From Polyangiaceae bacterium (lineage in GTDB: Bacteria > Myxococcota_A > Polyangia > Polyangiales > Polyangiaceae): a stretch of DNA of 64,000 nt. Shown one piece after another: positions 49,108 through 58,140 of this stretch. Location of the stretch: assembly GCA_050287085.1 (NCBI GenBank), contig JBNKBE010000001.1, positions 96,001 to 160,000 of the forward strand, given 5' to 3'. Position numbers and translations under genes: made by a program. The notes under the pieces are model-generated. The model had not been told where the DNA came from, did no database searches, and saw only the letters and a list, made by a program, of their open reading frames with translations. Position 1 is the first letter of the stretch, and every line of letters begins with the position of its first letter.

Positions 49108-49464
49108 ATGAGCTTCGATCAGCTTCGCTACTTTGTTGCCGTGGCCGAGAGCGGGACCACGCGGGCCGCCGCTCAAAGCCTGCACGTGTCTCAGCCCCCT
49201 TTGAGTCGGCAAATCCGCGCACTCGAGAGCGAACTGGAGGTCTCCCTATTTGAGCGCACAGCCCGCGGGATGACACTCTTGCCCGCGGGGCAACTCCTGC
49301 TGAAGCAGGCTACTCATATTCTGGCCGCCGTCGAAGAAACCAAGCGCTTGCTGGGGGCTACCGGACCCCGCCTCGCCACAAGCAGCGCCCTCAGTCTGAG
49401 AGACGGACCCGAGTGCAGCGCTCCGGCGAGACCTGTCCGACAAAAGCCGTCGCACCTCGCCTAG
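49108..49464 (+). CDS. Short LysR-family regulator (HTH and linker only)
   Basis: QLRYFVAVAE..AAQSLHVSQPPLSRQIRALESELEVSLFER; no effector domain. Confidence 0.85.
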   Translation: MSFDQLRYFVAVAESGTTRAAAQSLHVSQPPLSRQIRALESELEVSLFERTARGMTLLPAGQLLLKQATHILAAVEETKRLLGATGPRLATSSALSLRDGPECSAPARPVRQKPSHLA

Positions 49465-50284
49465 CCTGGGCCACCTCGTCCCGATCGGCGGGCGCTCCCG
49501 GAACGAGCCTCGTGCCCCGGGTTCCCGAGCGCATCAGCAGGCCGTCACAGGCGACGCCGCAGTTCTGGTGTTGTAGGCCCAAGGCGTGCCCGAGTTCGTG
49601 GGCCGCCGTCCGCGCCGCGGCAATATTGGCCGCCGGCTCCGCCCAGCGCAGATCTGGCTCGTCCAGGCTGTAGATGGCGTGATCGCCAACATACACGCCG
49701 TTAGCATCCACTTCCGCCAGGAGCGGGCGCTCAGCTTTGAACCAGAGGTCGAGTCCCTGAGATGACGGTTCATCCCCAAACGTCACTTCGATGGAGAAGC
49801 AGATCCCGGCTTGGCGCCCCCACAATTCCCCAATCTCTTGAAAGGTGTCGCAGAGCGTCGCCGGGTCGAGGGCGCTATGGCCGACGTGGACCCGCAGCGG
49901 GACCGCGAGCAGACTATGTTCATCCGAGCCCGTCAACGCGAGTTCACAGAACAAGGATTGAGTCGTCTGCACAGCTCCAGCTCCCTGCGTGGCTTCGTCC
50001 CCCGAGTCCGCGAGCTTCGAACCGGCGGTCGACGCGTCGCTTTCGGCGCGGCTGGCTCGCATGGCGCTCGGCGCCGTGAACCTTGGCTCCTGCCCGCAAC
50101 CGCTCAGCACTGCGCCGAGCCCCACTGCGCCGAGCCCCACTGCGCCGAGCCCCACTGCGCACCACGGACGCCCCGCGGCGCGGCCGAAGGCAAACGCCCC
50201 GCCTCGGCGCACACCGGGTTGCGGCCGCGCCGCCCCGTTCGGCACATCGGAGCTGCAGAGAGTGTGAGCACGGCGTGTGGCCAT
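49391..50284 (-). CDS. Putative metzincin Zn-metalloprotease lipoprotein
   Basis: Lipobox LSGC; HELGHALGLQH plus Met-turn LM; start uncertain. Confidence 0.7.
   Translation of the reverse strand: MATRRAHTLCSSDVPNGAARPQPGVRRGGAFAFGRAAGRPWCAVGLGAVGLGAVGLGAVLSGCGQEPRFTAPSAMRASRAESDASTAGSKLADSGDEATQGAGAVQTTQSLFCELALTGSDEHSLLAVPLRVHVGHSALDPATLCDTFQEIGELWGRQAGICFSIEVTFGDEPSSQGLDLWFKAERPLLAEVDANGVYVGDHAIYSLDEPDLRWAEPAANIAAARTAAHELGHALGLQHQNCGVACDGLLMRSGTRGTRLVPGAPADRDEVAQARRGATAFVGQVSPERCTRVRLSD
50108..50160. repeat. Coding tandem repeat, 3.5x15 bp CACTGCGCCGAGCCC (AVGLG repeats)
   Basis: Read directly; forms the signal-peptide h-region of the metalloprotease. Confidence 0.85.
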
Positions 50285-50453
50285 GGCGGAAGCGTAGCGT
50301 CGAACGCGGGGGATCGCGACCTCTGTACCGCTGGCCGATTGTCAGAGAGTTGTAGCGAAGTGTGTGCAGCTGTCTGGACTCCATGGTGCCAGGCGACACG
50401 AGAAATGAGACAGGTATGACAACTTGTAGAAAGGGTCGTGATAGCAACGGCCC

Positions 50454-51926
50454 ATGATTGCGCTGCTGATAGCTTACGGACTGGTCCTACTGGTGCTCTG
50501 TGCATTCGGTCTGCACCGTGCCCATCTCGTGTGGATGTGGATTCGCCATCGTGCGCAGCTACAGGCCGCCCAAGCGAACTACAGCCTGCCCTCCGAAACG
50601 TCACTGCCGTCGGTCACGTTGCAGCTGCCCCTCTACAACGAGGCGACGGTGGTCGAGAGGCTGCTATCGGCTGCGGCCGCAATCGACTACCCGCACGACC
50701 GCTTGGAGATTCAGGTTCTCGACGACTCAACGGACGAAACCCGAACGCTGGCGCAACGCAAGACCGAACAGCTCGCGGCACAAGGCATCAACATTCGCTA
50801 CGTACGACGCCCCTCGCGCGAAGGATATAAGGCCGGAGCCTTGGAATACGGCCTGGCGTCCGCAAGCGGAGAATTGGTGGCCGTCTTCGACGCCGACTTC
50901 ATCCCGCAGCCCGACTTTCTGAAGGCCATCGTGGGTCACTTCCAGGATCCACAAGTCGGCATGGTCCAGACGCGCTGGGAGCACCTCAACCGCAGTCAGT
51001 CGTTGTTGACCGAAGTTCAGGCACTCCTTTTGGATGGCCACCACCTGGTCGAGAATCAGGCGCGCTTCAGCAGCGGCTGTTTCTTCAACTTCTCCGGGAC
51101 AGGCGGGATCTGGCGCAAGGCGACTATCGCCGACGCCGGCGGCTGGGAACACGACACGCTAACTGAAGACCTCGATCTATCCTACCGAGCACAGATGAAG
51201 GGTTGGCGTTTCATCTACCGAGGAGATGTTGTAACGCCCTCCGAGCTCCCCGAGGAAGTCAACGCGTTCCGTGCGCAACAATACCGCTGGGCCAAGGGCA
51301 CGGCTCAGTGTGCACGCAAGCTCCTAGGCCGCGTGCTCCGCTCGCCCATGACCCTAGAGCAACGCGTCGAGGCGCTCTTTCATCTGACACCACACGCCGC
51401 CTACCCTGCGATGCTGCTCCTGAGCATCTTGATCCTCCCGGCTGTGCTGATCATTCCGGCCGGCGATATCGGAACCATGTTGGCGGTTGATCTACCGCTG
51501 TGTTTTGGCGCCACCGGGTCAATCGCCACGTACTTCGTGATGGCTGAACGTTTGCAGGGACGTTCCGGCTGGGGTGCCATCGCACGACTGCCCACCGTCA
51601 TCGCCCTAGGCGCAGGTATGAGCCCGCTACTGGCCAAAGCTTTCATCCAGGGCCTGCGCGAACGTCACGGCGAGTTCGTGCGAACCCCGAAAAAAGGAGA
51701 CCGCGCTGGGCGCTACCGCCAACGGGCCCGGCTACCTTGGACCGAAATGCTCTTGGCCCTCGTGTCGCTCAGCGGATTCGTGGCGGCGCTGCAGACAGGC
51801 CACTACTTCGCGGCCCCCTTCACCGGGTTGTTCACGCTGGGCTACGCCTACGTCGGGTATTTCGTGATCTCTGAGCAACTGGCGAGCGAAGACCGCGCAA
51901 CGCTAGTAACCTCGCCCCAAAACTAA
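50454..51926 (+). CDS. Processive GT2 glycosyltransferase (cellulose synthase-like, CslA-like)
   Basis: QLPLYNE, QVLDDSTD, GYKAGAL, FDADF, TEDLDL and QQYRW; TM helices. Confidence 0.9.
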   Translation: MIALLIAYGLVLLVLCAFGLHRAHLVWMWIRHRAQLQAAQANYSLPSETSLPSVTLQLPLYNEATVVERLLSAAAAIDYPHDRLEIQVLDDSTDETRTLAQRKTEQLAAQGINIRYVRRPSREGYKAGALEYGLASASGELVAVFDADFIPQPDFLKAIVGHFQDPQVGMVQTRWEHLNRSQSLLTEVQALLLDGHHLVENQARFSSGCFFNFSGTGGIWRKATIADAGGWEHDTLTEDLDLSYRAQMKGWRFIYRGDVVTPSELPEEVNAFRAQQYRWAKGTAQCARKLLGRVLRSPMTLEQRVEALFHLTPHAAYPAMLLLSILILPAVLIIPAGDIGTMLAVDLPLCFGATGSIATYFVMAERLQGRSGWGAIARLPTVIALGAGMSPLLAKAFIQGLRERHGEFVRTPKKGDRAGRYRQRARLPWTEMLLALVSLSGFVAALQTGHYFAAPFTGLFTLGYAYVGYFVISEQLASEDRATLVTSPQN

Positions 51927-52024
51927 GCACCGCGACGAGCCCGCCCGGCCACAGCAAGAGGAGTGGCCGGCTCGAAGTGGGCGCGTGAGGAGCGAGCACC
52001 GCAGGGCCACTGAAGTAGCTCGAG
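51925..52024 (+). repeat. Dispersed ~100-bp intergenic element, copy 2 (order B-A)
   Basis: B' at 51925-51971 and A' at 51975-52024; A/A' 44 of 50 identical. Confidence 0.8.
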
Positions 52025-52028
52025 CCGC

Positions 52029-53180
52029 TCAAAGGCGAAGCGCCCGAGCGTGGAATAGCAATATGTCGAAGACGCCCGGACCACGGTTGAATTCGTAGCT
52101 GTGGTCGCCGGAGACGACGTCCAATGTATGGGATATCCCCTGGCGTCCAAGTGCTTCGGAAAGGTCGCGGTTGACGTCCAGAAAGTAGTCCTGATGACTT
52201 GTCATCAGACGAAGCCGCAAGGCCGGATTTCGGTCGCGAGCGGCTTTGGTGAGCGCGACCAACTCGGAAAGCTCGTTCTGATCCAGCGCAGCTTGGCTCG
52301 CAGCCACGGTTCCGAATGCGGAGGACTGCAGCAGGCCAGCAACCAGCGCGACGCGGCCCCCTAAGCTGATGCCATCGATGCCGGTCCGCTCTGCTGCGCA
52401 GGCCAAGCCGAGCTCGCTACGCAGACGGGCCCGTATCGGCCCCGTCAACAACTGGGCATAGTCGCGTGCTCGTGCCCAGAGCGCACCCTGCCCGAAACGG
52501 TTGGGGACGTAGGGAAAAACGAGAACCATGTCGCGATAGGGAAGCGCCCGGAGGCCCCTATTGTACACCGCTAAGCGTTGACGCGTGACATGCCCACCGA
52601 AGTCAGCAGCTCGCAGCGGTGGAGATTTGAGTCGTGTTATTGCGGTGAGCACCCCGTAGTCGTCGAGCCAGCCGCGAGCTCCTCGCTCCGGACCTTTGAG
52701 GCTCTCGCCCCTGCCGTGCAGCAAGAACAGCACCGGCGTGTCCCTCCGAACTTTGGTTGGAAGCAGCACCACCACGTCGACGCGACCAAGCTCTGGAGCA
52801 TCAAAAGACCACGTGCGTTCCTGTGCCCGGTTCGGCGCGAACCCTTTCTGCGCTGGTGAGGGCGCCCGAGGGGGCGCTGCAGTGGATGTGAGCTCCTCCT
52901 CGGCAGCGGTGCTCACCGCTCGGGTCAAACGCGCCACTGCGGACGGTGCTGGTCTTGATTCGTAGGCTCCGCCCGAATGCGGCTGACACGCCCCCAGAAC
53001 CACCGCCAACGATACGAAAGAGAAGCTGCACGCCCCCCACCCGCGGCTCTTGCCGCGCCGGCTCGACCCTTCGATTTCAGCCGAGCGCCCCAACCCATCC
53101 ACTCGCAGAGGGCCCTGGGCGCTTCGATGCCGTCTGTTTGCGCCGGAAATCACCACTCTGGACCTTAACACGGGTGCCAT
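52029..53180 (-). CDS. Alpha/beta-hydrolase (esterase-like), probable lipoprotein
   Basis: LHGRGE, GISLGG nucleophile elbow and GDHSY; lipobox LGAC; start uncertain. Confidence 0.75.
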   Translation of the reverse strand: MAPVLRSRVVISGANRRHRSAQGPLRVDGLGRSAEIEGSSRRGKSRGWGACSFSFVSLAVVLGACQPHSGGAYESRPAPSAVARLTRAVSTAAEEELTSTAAPPRAPSPAQKGFAPNRAQERTWSFDAPELGRVDVVVLLPTKVRRDTPVLFLLHGRGESLKGPERGARGWLDDYGVLTAITRLKSPPLRAADFGGHVTRQRLAVYNRGLRALPYRDMVLVFPYVPNRFGQGALWARARDYAQLLTGPIRARLRSELGLACAAERTGIDGISLGGRVALVAGLLQSSAFGTVAASQAALDQNELSELVALTKAARDRNPALRLRLMTSHQDYFLDVNRDLSEALGRQGISHTLDVVSGDHSYEFNRGPGVFDILLFHARALRL

Positions 53181-53264
53181 TTGGAACTCTGCACTCAAAA
53201 CCAGGGCAGGAGTCCGCTCTCGAGTTGCGCCCGCGGGAGCTCTTTGATACCTCCCTCCTTCCCC

Positions 53265-54284
53265 ATGTGCGCCCTTTCATCGACGGCCTTGACAGCTCAC
53301 GCTGCCGACCCATCTCTGGACGCTGCTCTGGAGGAAGCTCCCCGCGACGCTCATCCAGACGTGACCCCCGACGCAACTCGTCAGGTGCTGGCGCTGGCGC
53401 TGGCCTTGGCCCAGCAGCGCGGATTGTCCGCGCCCGCCGCGCCCGCCGCGCCGATCCAACTCACCGACGCCCAGGTACGCGCGCTGCCCGTATCTGAGCT
53501 CCGAGAACGCCTCGATGAAATCCTGCTTTCCCCACGGGCCGATCTGGGCTTGGAGGTCCTGGAGCGCTGTGGCTTGCTCGGCGTGGTGCTGCCCGAAGTC
53601 ACCCACCTTGTCGGCTTCGGCGAAGGTCACAATCGCCACAAGGACGTCTGGCGTCATACCCTCCGCGTTGTAATCCAGAGCTTGCCGCGCCTTGCGGTCC
53701 GGTGGGCAGCGCTCTTTCACGACATAGGCAAGCCGCAGACGCGAAGCATTGATGCAAGTGGGGTTGTTCACTTTCTGCATCATGCTGAATTGGGCGCGCG
53801 CATGTTCAAACGCCTGGCGCGGCGTGAACGCCTATTCGACGACGATTCCGAGCTGAAGGACAGCATCCGCTTTCTGATCTTTCATCACCAACGTGCTCAC
53901 CAATACGACACGTGTTGGACGGATAGCGCTACTCGCCGCTTCGCCCTAGAAGTGGGTGAACACCTCAATGACCTCATGGCCCTGTCGCGAGCCGACATGA
54001 CTACGAAGCGCAAAGAGAAGAAGCGCCGCTACCTTCTGCAGCTCAAAGAGCTACAGAACCGAATCGAAAAGTTGCTGGCGGAAGACAACAAACCGAAGGC
54101 ATTGCCCAAGGGACTTGGACAGGCCCTCATTGACACCTTCAAGCTTCCCCCCAGCAAGCTGGTCGGTGATATTCGCAACGCACTGGAGCTGGCAGTCGAG
54201 GCGGGTGAACTGCCTTTGCAAGCGGACTTCGACGTCTACCTGCGTTTCGTCGACGAAAATCGGACCCGCTTCGGCCTGCTCTGA
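53265..54284 (+). CDS. HD-domain protein resembling the C-terminal half of multifunctional CCA-adding enzymes
   Basis: ERLDEILL..GLL..LPE, HKDVWRHTL, ALFHDIGKP, HAELGA, RAD and PSKLVG; no nucleotidyltransferase head. Confidence 0.75.
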   Translation: MCALSSTALTAHAADPSLDAALEEAPRDAHPDVTPDATRQVLALALALAQQRGLSAPAAPAAPIQLTDAQVRALPVSELRERLDEILLSPRADLGLEVLERCGLLGVVLPEVTHLVGFGEGHNRHKDVWRHTLRVVIQSLPRLAVRWAALFHDIGKPQTRSIDASGVVHFLHHAELGARMFKRLARRERLFDDDSELKDSIRFLIFHHQRAHQYDTCWTDSATRRFALEVGEHLNDLMALSRADMTTKRKEKKRRYLLQLKELQNRIEKLLAEDNKPKALPKGLGQALIDTFKLPPSKLVGDIRNALELAVEAGELPLQADFDVYLRFVDENRTRFGLL

Positions 54285-54388
54285 ACGGCTCGAGCGCGCC
54301 CCTTGTCACAGGCCTGAAGGCGGGCTTCTCCTCATTCGGAAGCAAGCATATGGCTCGGCACCCCTCCCTGCTGGGGCGCCAGCGTAGG

Positions 54389-54435
54389 AGCGCAAGAGAG
54401 CGGAGCACGCAAGACGTGCCCCGCTCTCTTGCGCT
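54389..54435. terminator. Long hairpin between convergent genes
   Basis: AGCGCAAGAGAGCGG.GCACG / CGTGC.CCGCTCTCTTGCGCT. Confidence 0.6.
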
Positions 54436-54443
54436 GCCTGCGA

Positions 54444-55958
54444 CTACTTGAAGTCGTAGCCGAACTGTACCTCGAGGTAGTGGATCGGCTGGTCGAGTTT
54501 GTCGGCGTCGCCGCCAGCCCACGCGAAGTCCTCGTTGGGCAAGAACGCGCCGTACATCGCGCGGACCAAGGCCCCTTTGCCAATCGGATGAACGATGTGG
54601 GCATCGATTTCCGCCCCCTGGTAGGCGTCGCTATCGCCGGCGGGTTCCATGGCGGCAAAGATGTGACCTTGAGCCTTGAGGACCCAGGCTGGGGTGACGG
54701 CATAGCTGAGATTCAGGTTTCCGCTTCCCTTGTTGGTGCGCGCGCCAGCGACGTCCGCAAGGCCCAAGAACTTATGGGCCGTCGGATAGAGCTGATCCCA
54801 AGCCTTGGTCTTTCCGTCCGCGGCGTCATCATCACCTGATGCCACCAACCCTCCGAGGCCGATGCGAAACCCCTGAGCGGGAGTCAGTCCCAGCTCAGCG
54901 TCAGCCTGATAGGCGAAGCGATCCGATCCGAACTGGATGCCGGCCTCCGCGCGGTAATCGAAAGTGTCAATGCTGTCCTTGGCGCGGGCACCCAGGGTGA
55001 AGAACGTATCGCCGTCTACATCCGGAATGGGATCCCCATTTTCGTCATCGCCGAGGTCCTTCGCCGAAACAAATGAGCGACCGAGCAGGTAGAAATCGAG
55101 CGCCATGGATTCGTTCACCAAAGCGCCAAGCCCGGCATAGGCTCCATAGAAATAGGTGTCGCCAGCGAAAGGCTTGTGCGTGGCCGTGAATCCCTCGTTG
55201 AGTAGCGTGACGAAGGCGTCCACGAAGACAGCATTCTCCATCGGCGTCAGATGCAGGCGGGCGCCCTGAAAGGCACGCGCCGCCTCGTTCCAACCGAGGT
55301 TGCCGATGATCATCGCATCGCCGTAGTCCATGGCGAAGCGTCCCATGTCAAATTGGTACTTCTTCGTTCCCACGCGCGCAAACGCCTCGTATACGGCTAC
55401 CGGCGGGGCATCGCCGATGGTGACGGTCGGAGGTGGAGCCAAGGTCCCGGTATTCTGCATGGTGTAGGCCGCCTGAGGGACAAACGTCGCCGAAACCATG
55501 GTCCCGTCGCCCACGTCGACGGGATTGGTGGCGAGCGAAAGGCGCGCGCGCGTCACGATGTAGTCGCCATCGCGGTGCAAGCGCGGATGCCTTAGGCCGT
55601 GTTCGGCGTAGTTGCGACGCAACTCGTAGCGGGACCAAAACGAGCCGCCGACCTTGAGCGGTAAGAATTCTGGACCCGGAGCAGGCTCCGCTTGAGGCTC
55701 AGCTGGAGCAACGCCATAGGCGTCCGGAGCAGCAGGAGCCATGGGAGCGGCGGGCGCAGACTCGACGACAGCAGGCGCGGCAGCATCCGCCACGGCTGGG
55801 GCCACCGGCTCCGCGGGGGGCATGTCGGGTGCGGGCGCTGAAACCGCAACGCTGACGGACGCCGACGCAGGCTCGGCAGGAGCGGCCTCTTGGGCCCAAA
55901 GGGTCGCGCCAGGGAGTGCGGCGGACGTGGAGAGCAAGGCGATAAGTCGTTTCTTCAT
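54444..55958 (-). CDS. Alginate-export (AlgE-like) outer-membrane porin
   Basis: Signal peptide, P/A linker, RYELR, IGNLGWN..RAFQG, ASGD, QLYPTAHKFLG and terminal YDFK. Confidence 0.8.
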   Translation of the reverse strand: MKKRLIALLSTSAALPGATLWAQEAAPAEPASASVSVAVSAPAPDMPPAEPVAPAVADAAAPAVVESAPAAPMAPAAPDAYGVAPAEPQAEPAPGPEFLPLKVGGSFWSRYELRRNYAEHGLRHPRLHRDGDYIVTRARLSLATNPVDVGDGTMVSATFVPQAAYTMQNTGTLAPPPTVTIGDAPPVAVYEAFARVGTKKYQFDMGRFAMDYGDAMIIGNLGWNEAARAFQGARLHLTPMENAVFVDAFVTLLNEGFTATHKPFAGDTYFYGAYAGLGALVNESMALDFYLLGRSFVSAKDLGDDENGDPIPDVDGDTFFTLGARAKDSIDTFDYRAEAGIQFGSDRFAYQADAELGLTPAQGFRIGLGGLVASGDDDAADGKTKAWDQLYPTAHKFLGLADVAGARTNKGSGNLNLSYAVTPAWVLKAQGHIFAAMEPAGDSDAYQGAEIDAHIVHPIGKGALVRAMYGAFLPNEDFAWAGGDADKLDQPIHYLEVQFGYDFK

Positions 55959-56354
55959 GACTGTCCTCTAAGGGCGAGCAGGGGCTCGCGGGGTTTGAGA
56001 CGCCTGGTGTCTCGGACCTTGGGTGCCCGGGACGCTAGGATTCGCGCTACCGCGAACCGCTAACAGGTACCCTGACAATGTTTCGTGTTTTTCCTGAGTA
56101 CTGTTCCGGGAAAGACTACTTCCGGAGACAGGACTGGATCGCCTCGAATTGGAAACTGGTAGGAAACTCGCGTCCAGCGGGCCAACGACAATGCGAAACA
56201 CTTCCGGCCGATCGCCTGGCACTGTGAAGCGCGCAACACCGACGACGCGACGCAACGCGGAGCTTCTTCGCCCATTTTAGAGGCGCTCCGCTCGCGTCGA
56301 TCTGAGGTATAGGGAGGTGACCTTAGAACGCTGCTGCTAGGAGAAGAAGACGAC

Positions 56355-57476
56355 GTGTCGGTGTTGATTGTGGGTGGCGGAATTGCCGGACATGCCCTGG
56401 CTTGGACGCTCGCCCGTCGCGGCCAACGACCTGTGACACTACTGGAACGCGAGCCACTTGCCTTCGCTCACTCCTCGTCACGCAACGCCGCGATCTATCG
56501 ACCGCTGGAAGACAGCGTTTGGATCACGCGTTTGGCCAAGGAGACGCTTGCGCTGCTACCCCAGCTCGGAACCGACCTGCTGCGCAAGGTGGGCTTGCTC
56601 TTGACGAGCCAACGGGCGGACGCGCTCACGGGACACTTAAGAACGGCTCAAGAAGAAGACGTCGAGTGCGCGGCCCTCGATCGACACGCTCTCGTCCGAC
56701 AGGCCCCTGTGCTGGCTGGGGGCTCAGCGCATGCCGGGCTTTGGCTTCCGAGCGGCGGCGTACTTGACATCCACAGCCTAACACAAGCGCTCAGCGCCCG
56801 AGCCCGAACGCTAGACGTACAGGTGTTAACCAACGCCCACGCGACCCGCTGGACCCGAAAAGGTCGGCTATTTGAGGTGCACCTGGTCGGGGGTGAGGTA
56901 TTGACCGCCTCTCGTCTTGTGCTCGCCGCGGGTGCCTGGACCGAACGGCTTGCGGCCTCGGGTCAATGTGATCTCTCCCTGGTCCCGCATCGACGTCACC
57001 TCGTACACCTCGTTCCTTCAGCTCCCGTTTCGGCAACTCACCCGATCTGCTGGGACATCGACCACGATGTCTACTTCCGCCCCGAATCAGGAGGGATCTT
57101 GGCATCTCCCGGCGACCATCAGCCGACGGTTCCAGGCCTCCCCAGTGTAGAGCCGGAAATGCTGGTTGTTCTGGCCAAGAAGCTCGCACAACTGGCCCCG
57201 GCCCTCGCGGGCTGCGAGGTCCGCAGACCGTGGGCCTGCCTGCGGACCATGACCACCGACCGCCACATGGCACTGGGCCCTGATCCGCGCATGGCCGACC
57301 TGTGGTGGTTCGCCGGGCTCGCCGGCCACGGCATGACGTGTGGGTTGGCCGCAGCTGAGCGCCTTGCAGACGCCATGCTGGGGACGCGGTCGCTACCGCA
57401 AGCCTTAGACGTCCGACGTCTGCTCCCGGGCGCCTTTGCACCAACAGATAGCCCAAACCCCATGCACAGCGACTAG
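56355..57476 (+). CDS. FAD-dependent oxidoreductase (DAO/DadA family)
   Basis: IVGGGIAG, SSRNAA, AAGAW, YFRPE and GLAGHG. Confidence 0.88.
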   Translation: MSVLIVGGGIAGHALAWTLARRGQRPVTLLEREPLAFAHSSSRNAAIYRPLEDSVWITRLAKETLALLPQLGTDLLRKVGLLLTSQRADALTGHLRTAQEEDVECAALDRHALVRQAPVLAGGSAHAGLWLPSGGVLDIHSLTQALSARARTLDVQVLTNAHATRWTRKGRLFEVHLVGGEVLTASRLVLAAGAWTERLAASGQCDLSLVPHRRHLVHLVPSAPVSATHPICWDIDHDVYFRPESGGILASPGDHQPTVPGLPSVEPEMLVVLAKKLAQLAPALAGCEVRRPWACLRTMTTDRHMALGPDPRMADLWWFAGLAGHGMTCGLAAAERLADAMLGTRSLPQALDVRRLLPGAFAPTDSPNPMHSD

Positions 57477-57544
57477 GACGCGGAGCCGCTCCGCGGAATA
57501 AGCACTCGACGTGGCAAGCCCTGGGCGATAGCTTTTCCTGGCCC

Positions 57545-58042
57545 ATGACGGAACCGAGTTCAGCTGAAACCTCAGCAGTATCCCCCGAAGACGGCGCAAG
57601 CACAGGCGAAGCCGACGCGAAGAACAAACCCACGTCCGGAAAGGACGAGTCGGAAACAAGCGGACGCTTCTGGTTATGGATCGCGGGCTTCTTCGTTGTG
57701 ATGAGCGTCGAGCTCTACGTCTACGGCCACGCCGGCGAAATTCAAATCTGCGTCGGTCAGGAGGGTGTCACCGACTTCGCTCTGGTGGGGGCCCCGCGGA
57801 CCTTGGAGGGCTTTGCCAAGATCCCGATCTGCAGCAACGCTGAGAACCTGGGGATGTGGAGCCGGCGCACCGAAGCGGAAACATTCGCTCTCAAAGACGC
57901 CTGCCGGAAAGCTGCGCCAGCAAGACCCGCGGTCGCTGAGGAATGCCGTCGTCACGACGGCCGCTGGCGGCGACAGGTTTCTGTGAAACAAGTTCCGCCC
58001 TGGGATCGGCGACTCTATCGACGTATCCTATTGCTCGACTAG
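57545..58042 (+). CDS. Hypothetical single-TM membrane protein
   Basis: Acidic N-terminus, TM helix, Cys-containing C-terminal domain. Confidence 0.55.
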   Translation: MTEPSSAETSAVSPEDGASTGEADAKNKPTSGKDESETSGRFWLWIAGFFVVMSVELYVYGHAGEIQICVGQEGVTDFALVGAPRTLEGFAKIPICSNAENLGMWSRRTEAETFALKDACRKAAPARPAVAEECRRHDGRWRRQVSVKQVPPWDRRLYRRILLLD

Positions 58043-58127
58043 AGCAATAGGATTCCTGATTCTGCGGCTCGGTAGAGCAGCCCGAAGCAGGGGGTCCCCC
58101 CCTGTTCTTGCGAAAACAAGGGGGGAC
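58025..58127. terminator. Two hairpins between convergent genes
   Basis: Perfect 12-bp stem ATCCTATTGCTC/GAGCAATAGGAT (58025-58053) and GTCCCCCC.TGTT/AACA.GGGGGGAC (58094-58127). Confidence 0.55.
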
Positions 58128-58140
58128 GGCAGGGCGCCGC

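Noticed and set aside
54444..55958. Alginate biosynthesis locus
   Set aside because: Only an AlgE-like porin is present with no alg genes; the family includes many porins unrelated to alginate
55959..56354. Riboswitch upstream of the AlgE-like porin
   Set aside because: No cobalamin, TPP or other consensus recognised; only short GACAATG and TGTTTCG/CGAAACA motifs of uncertain significance
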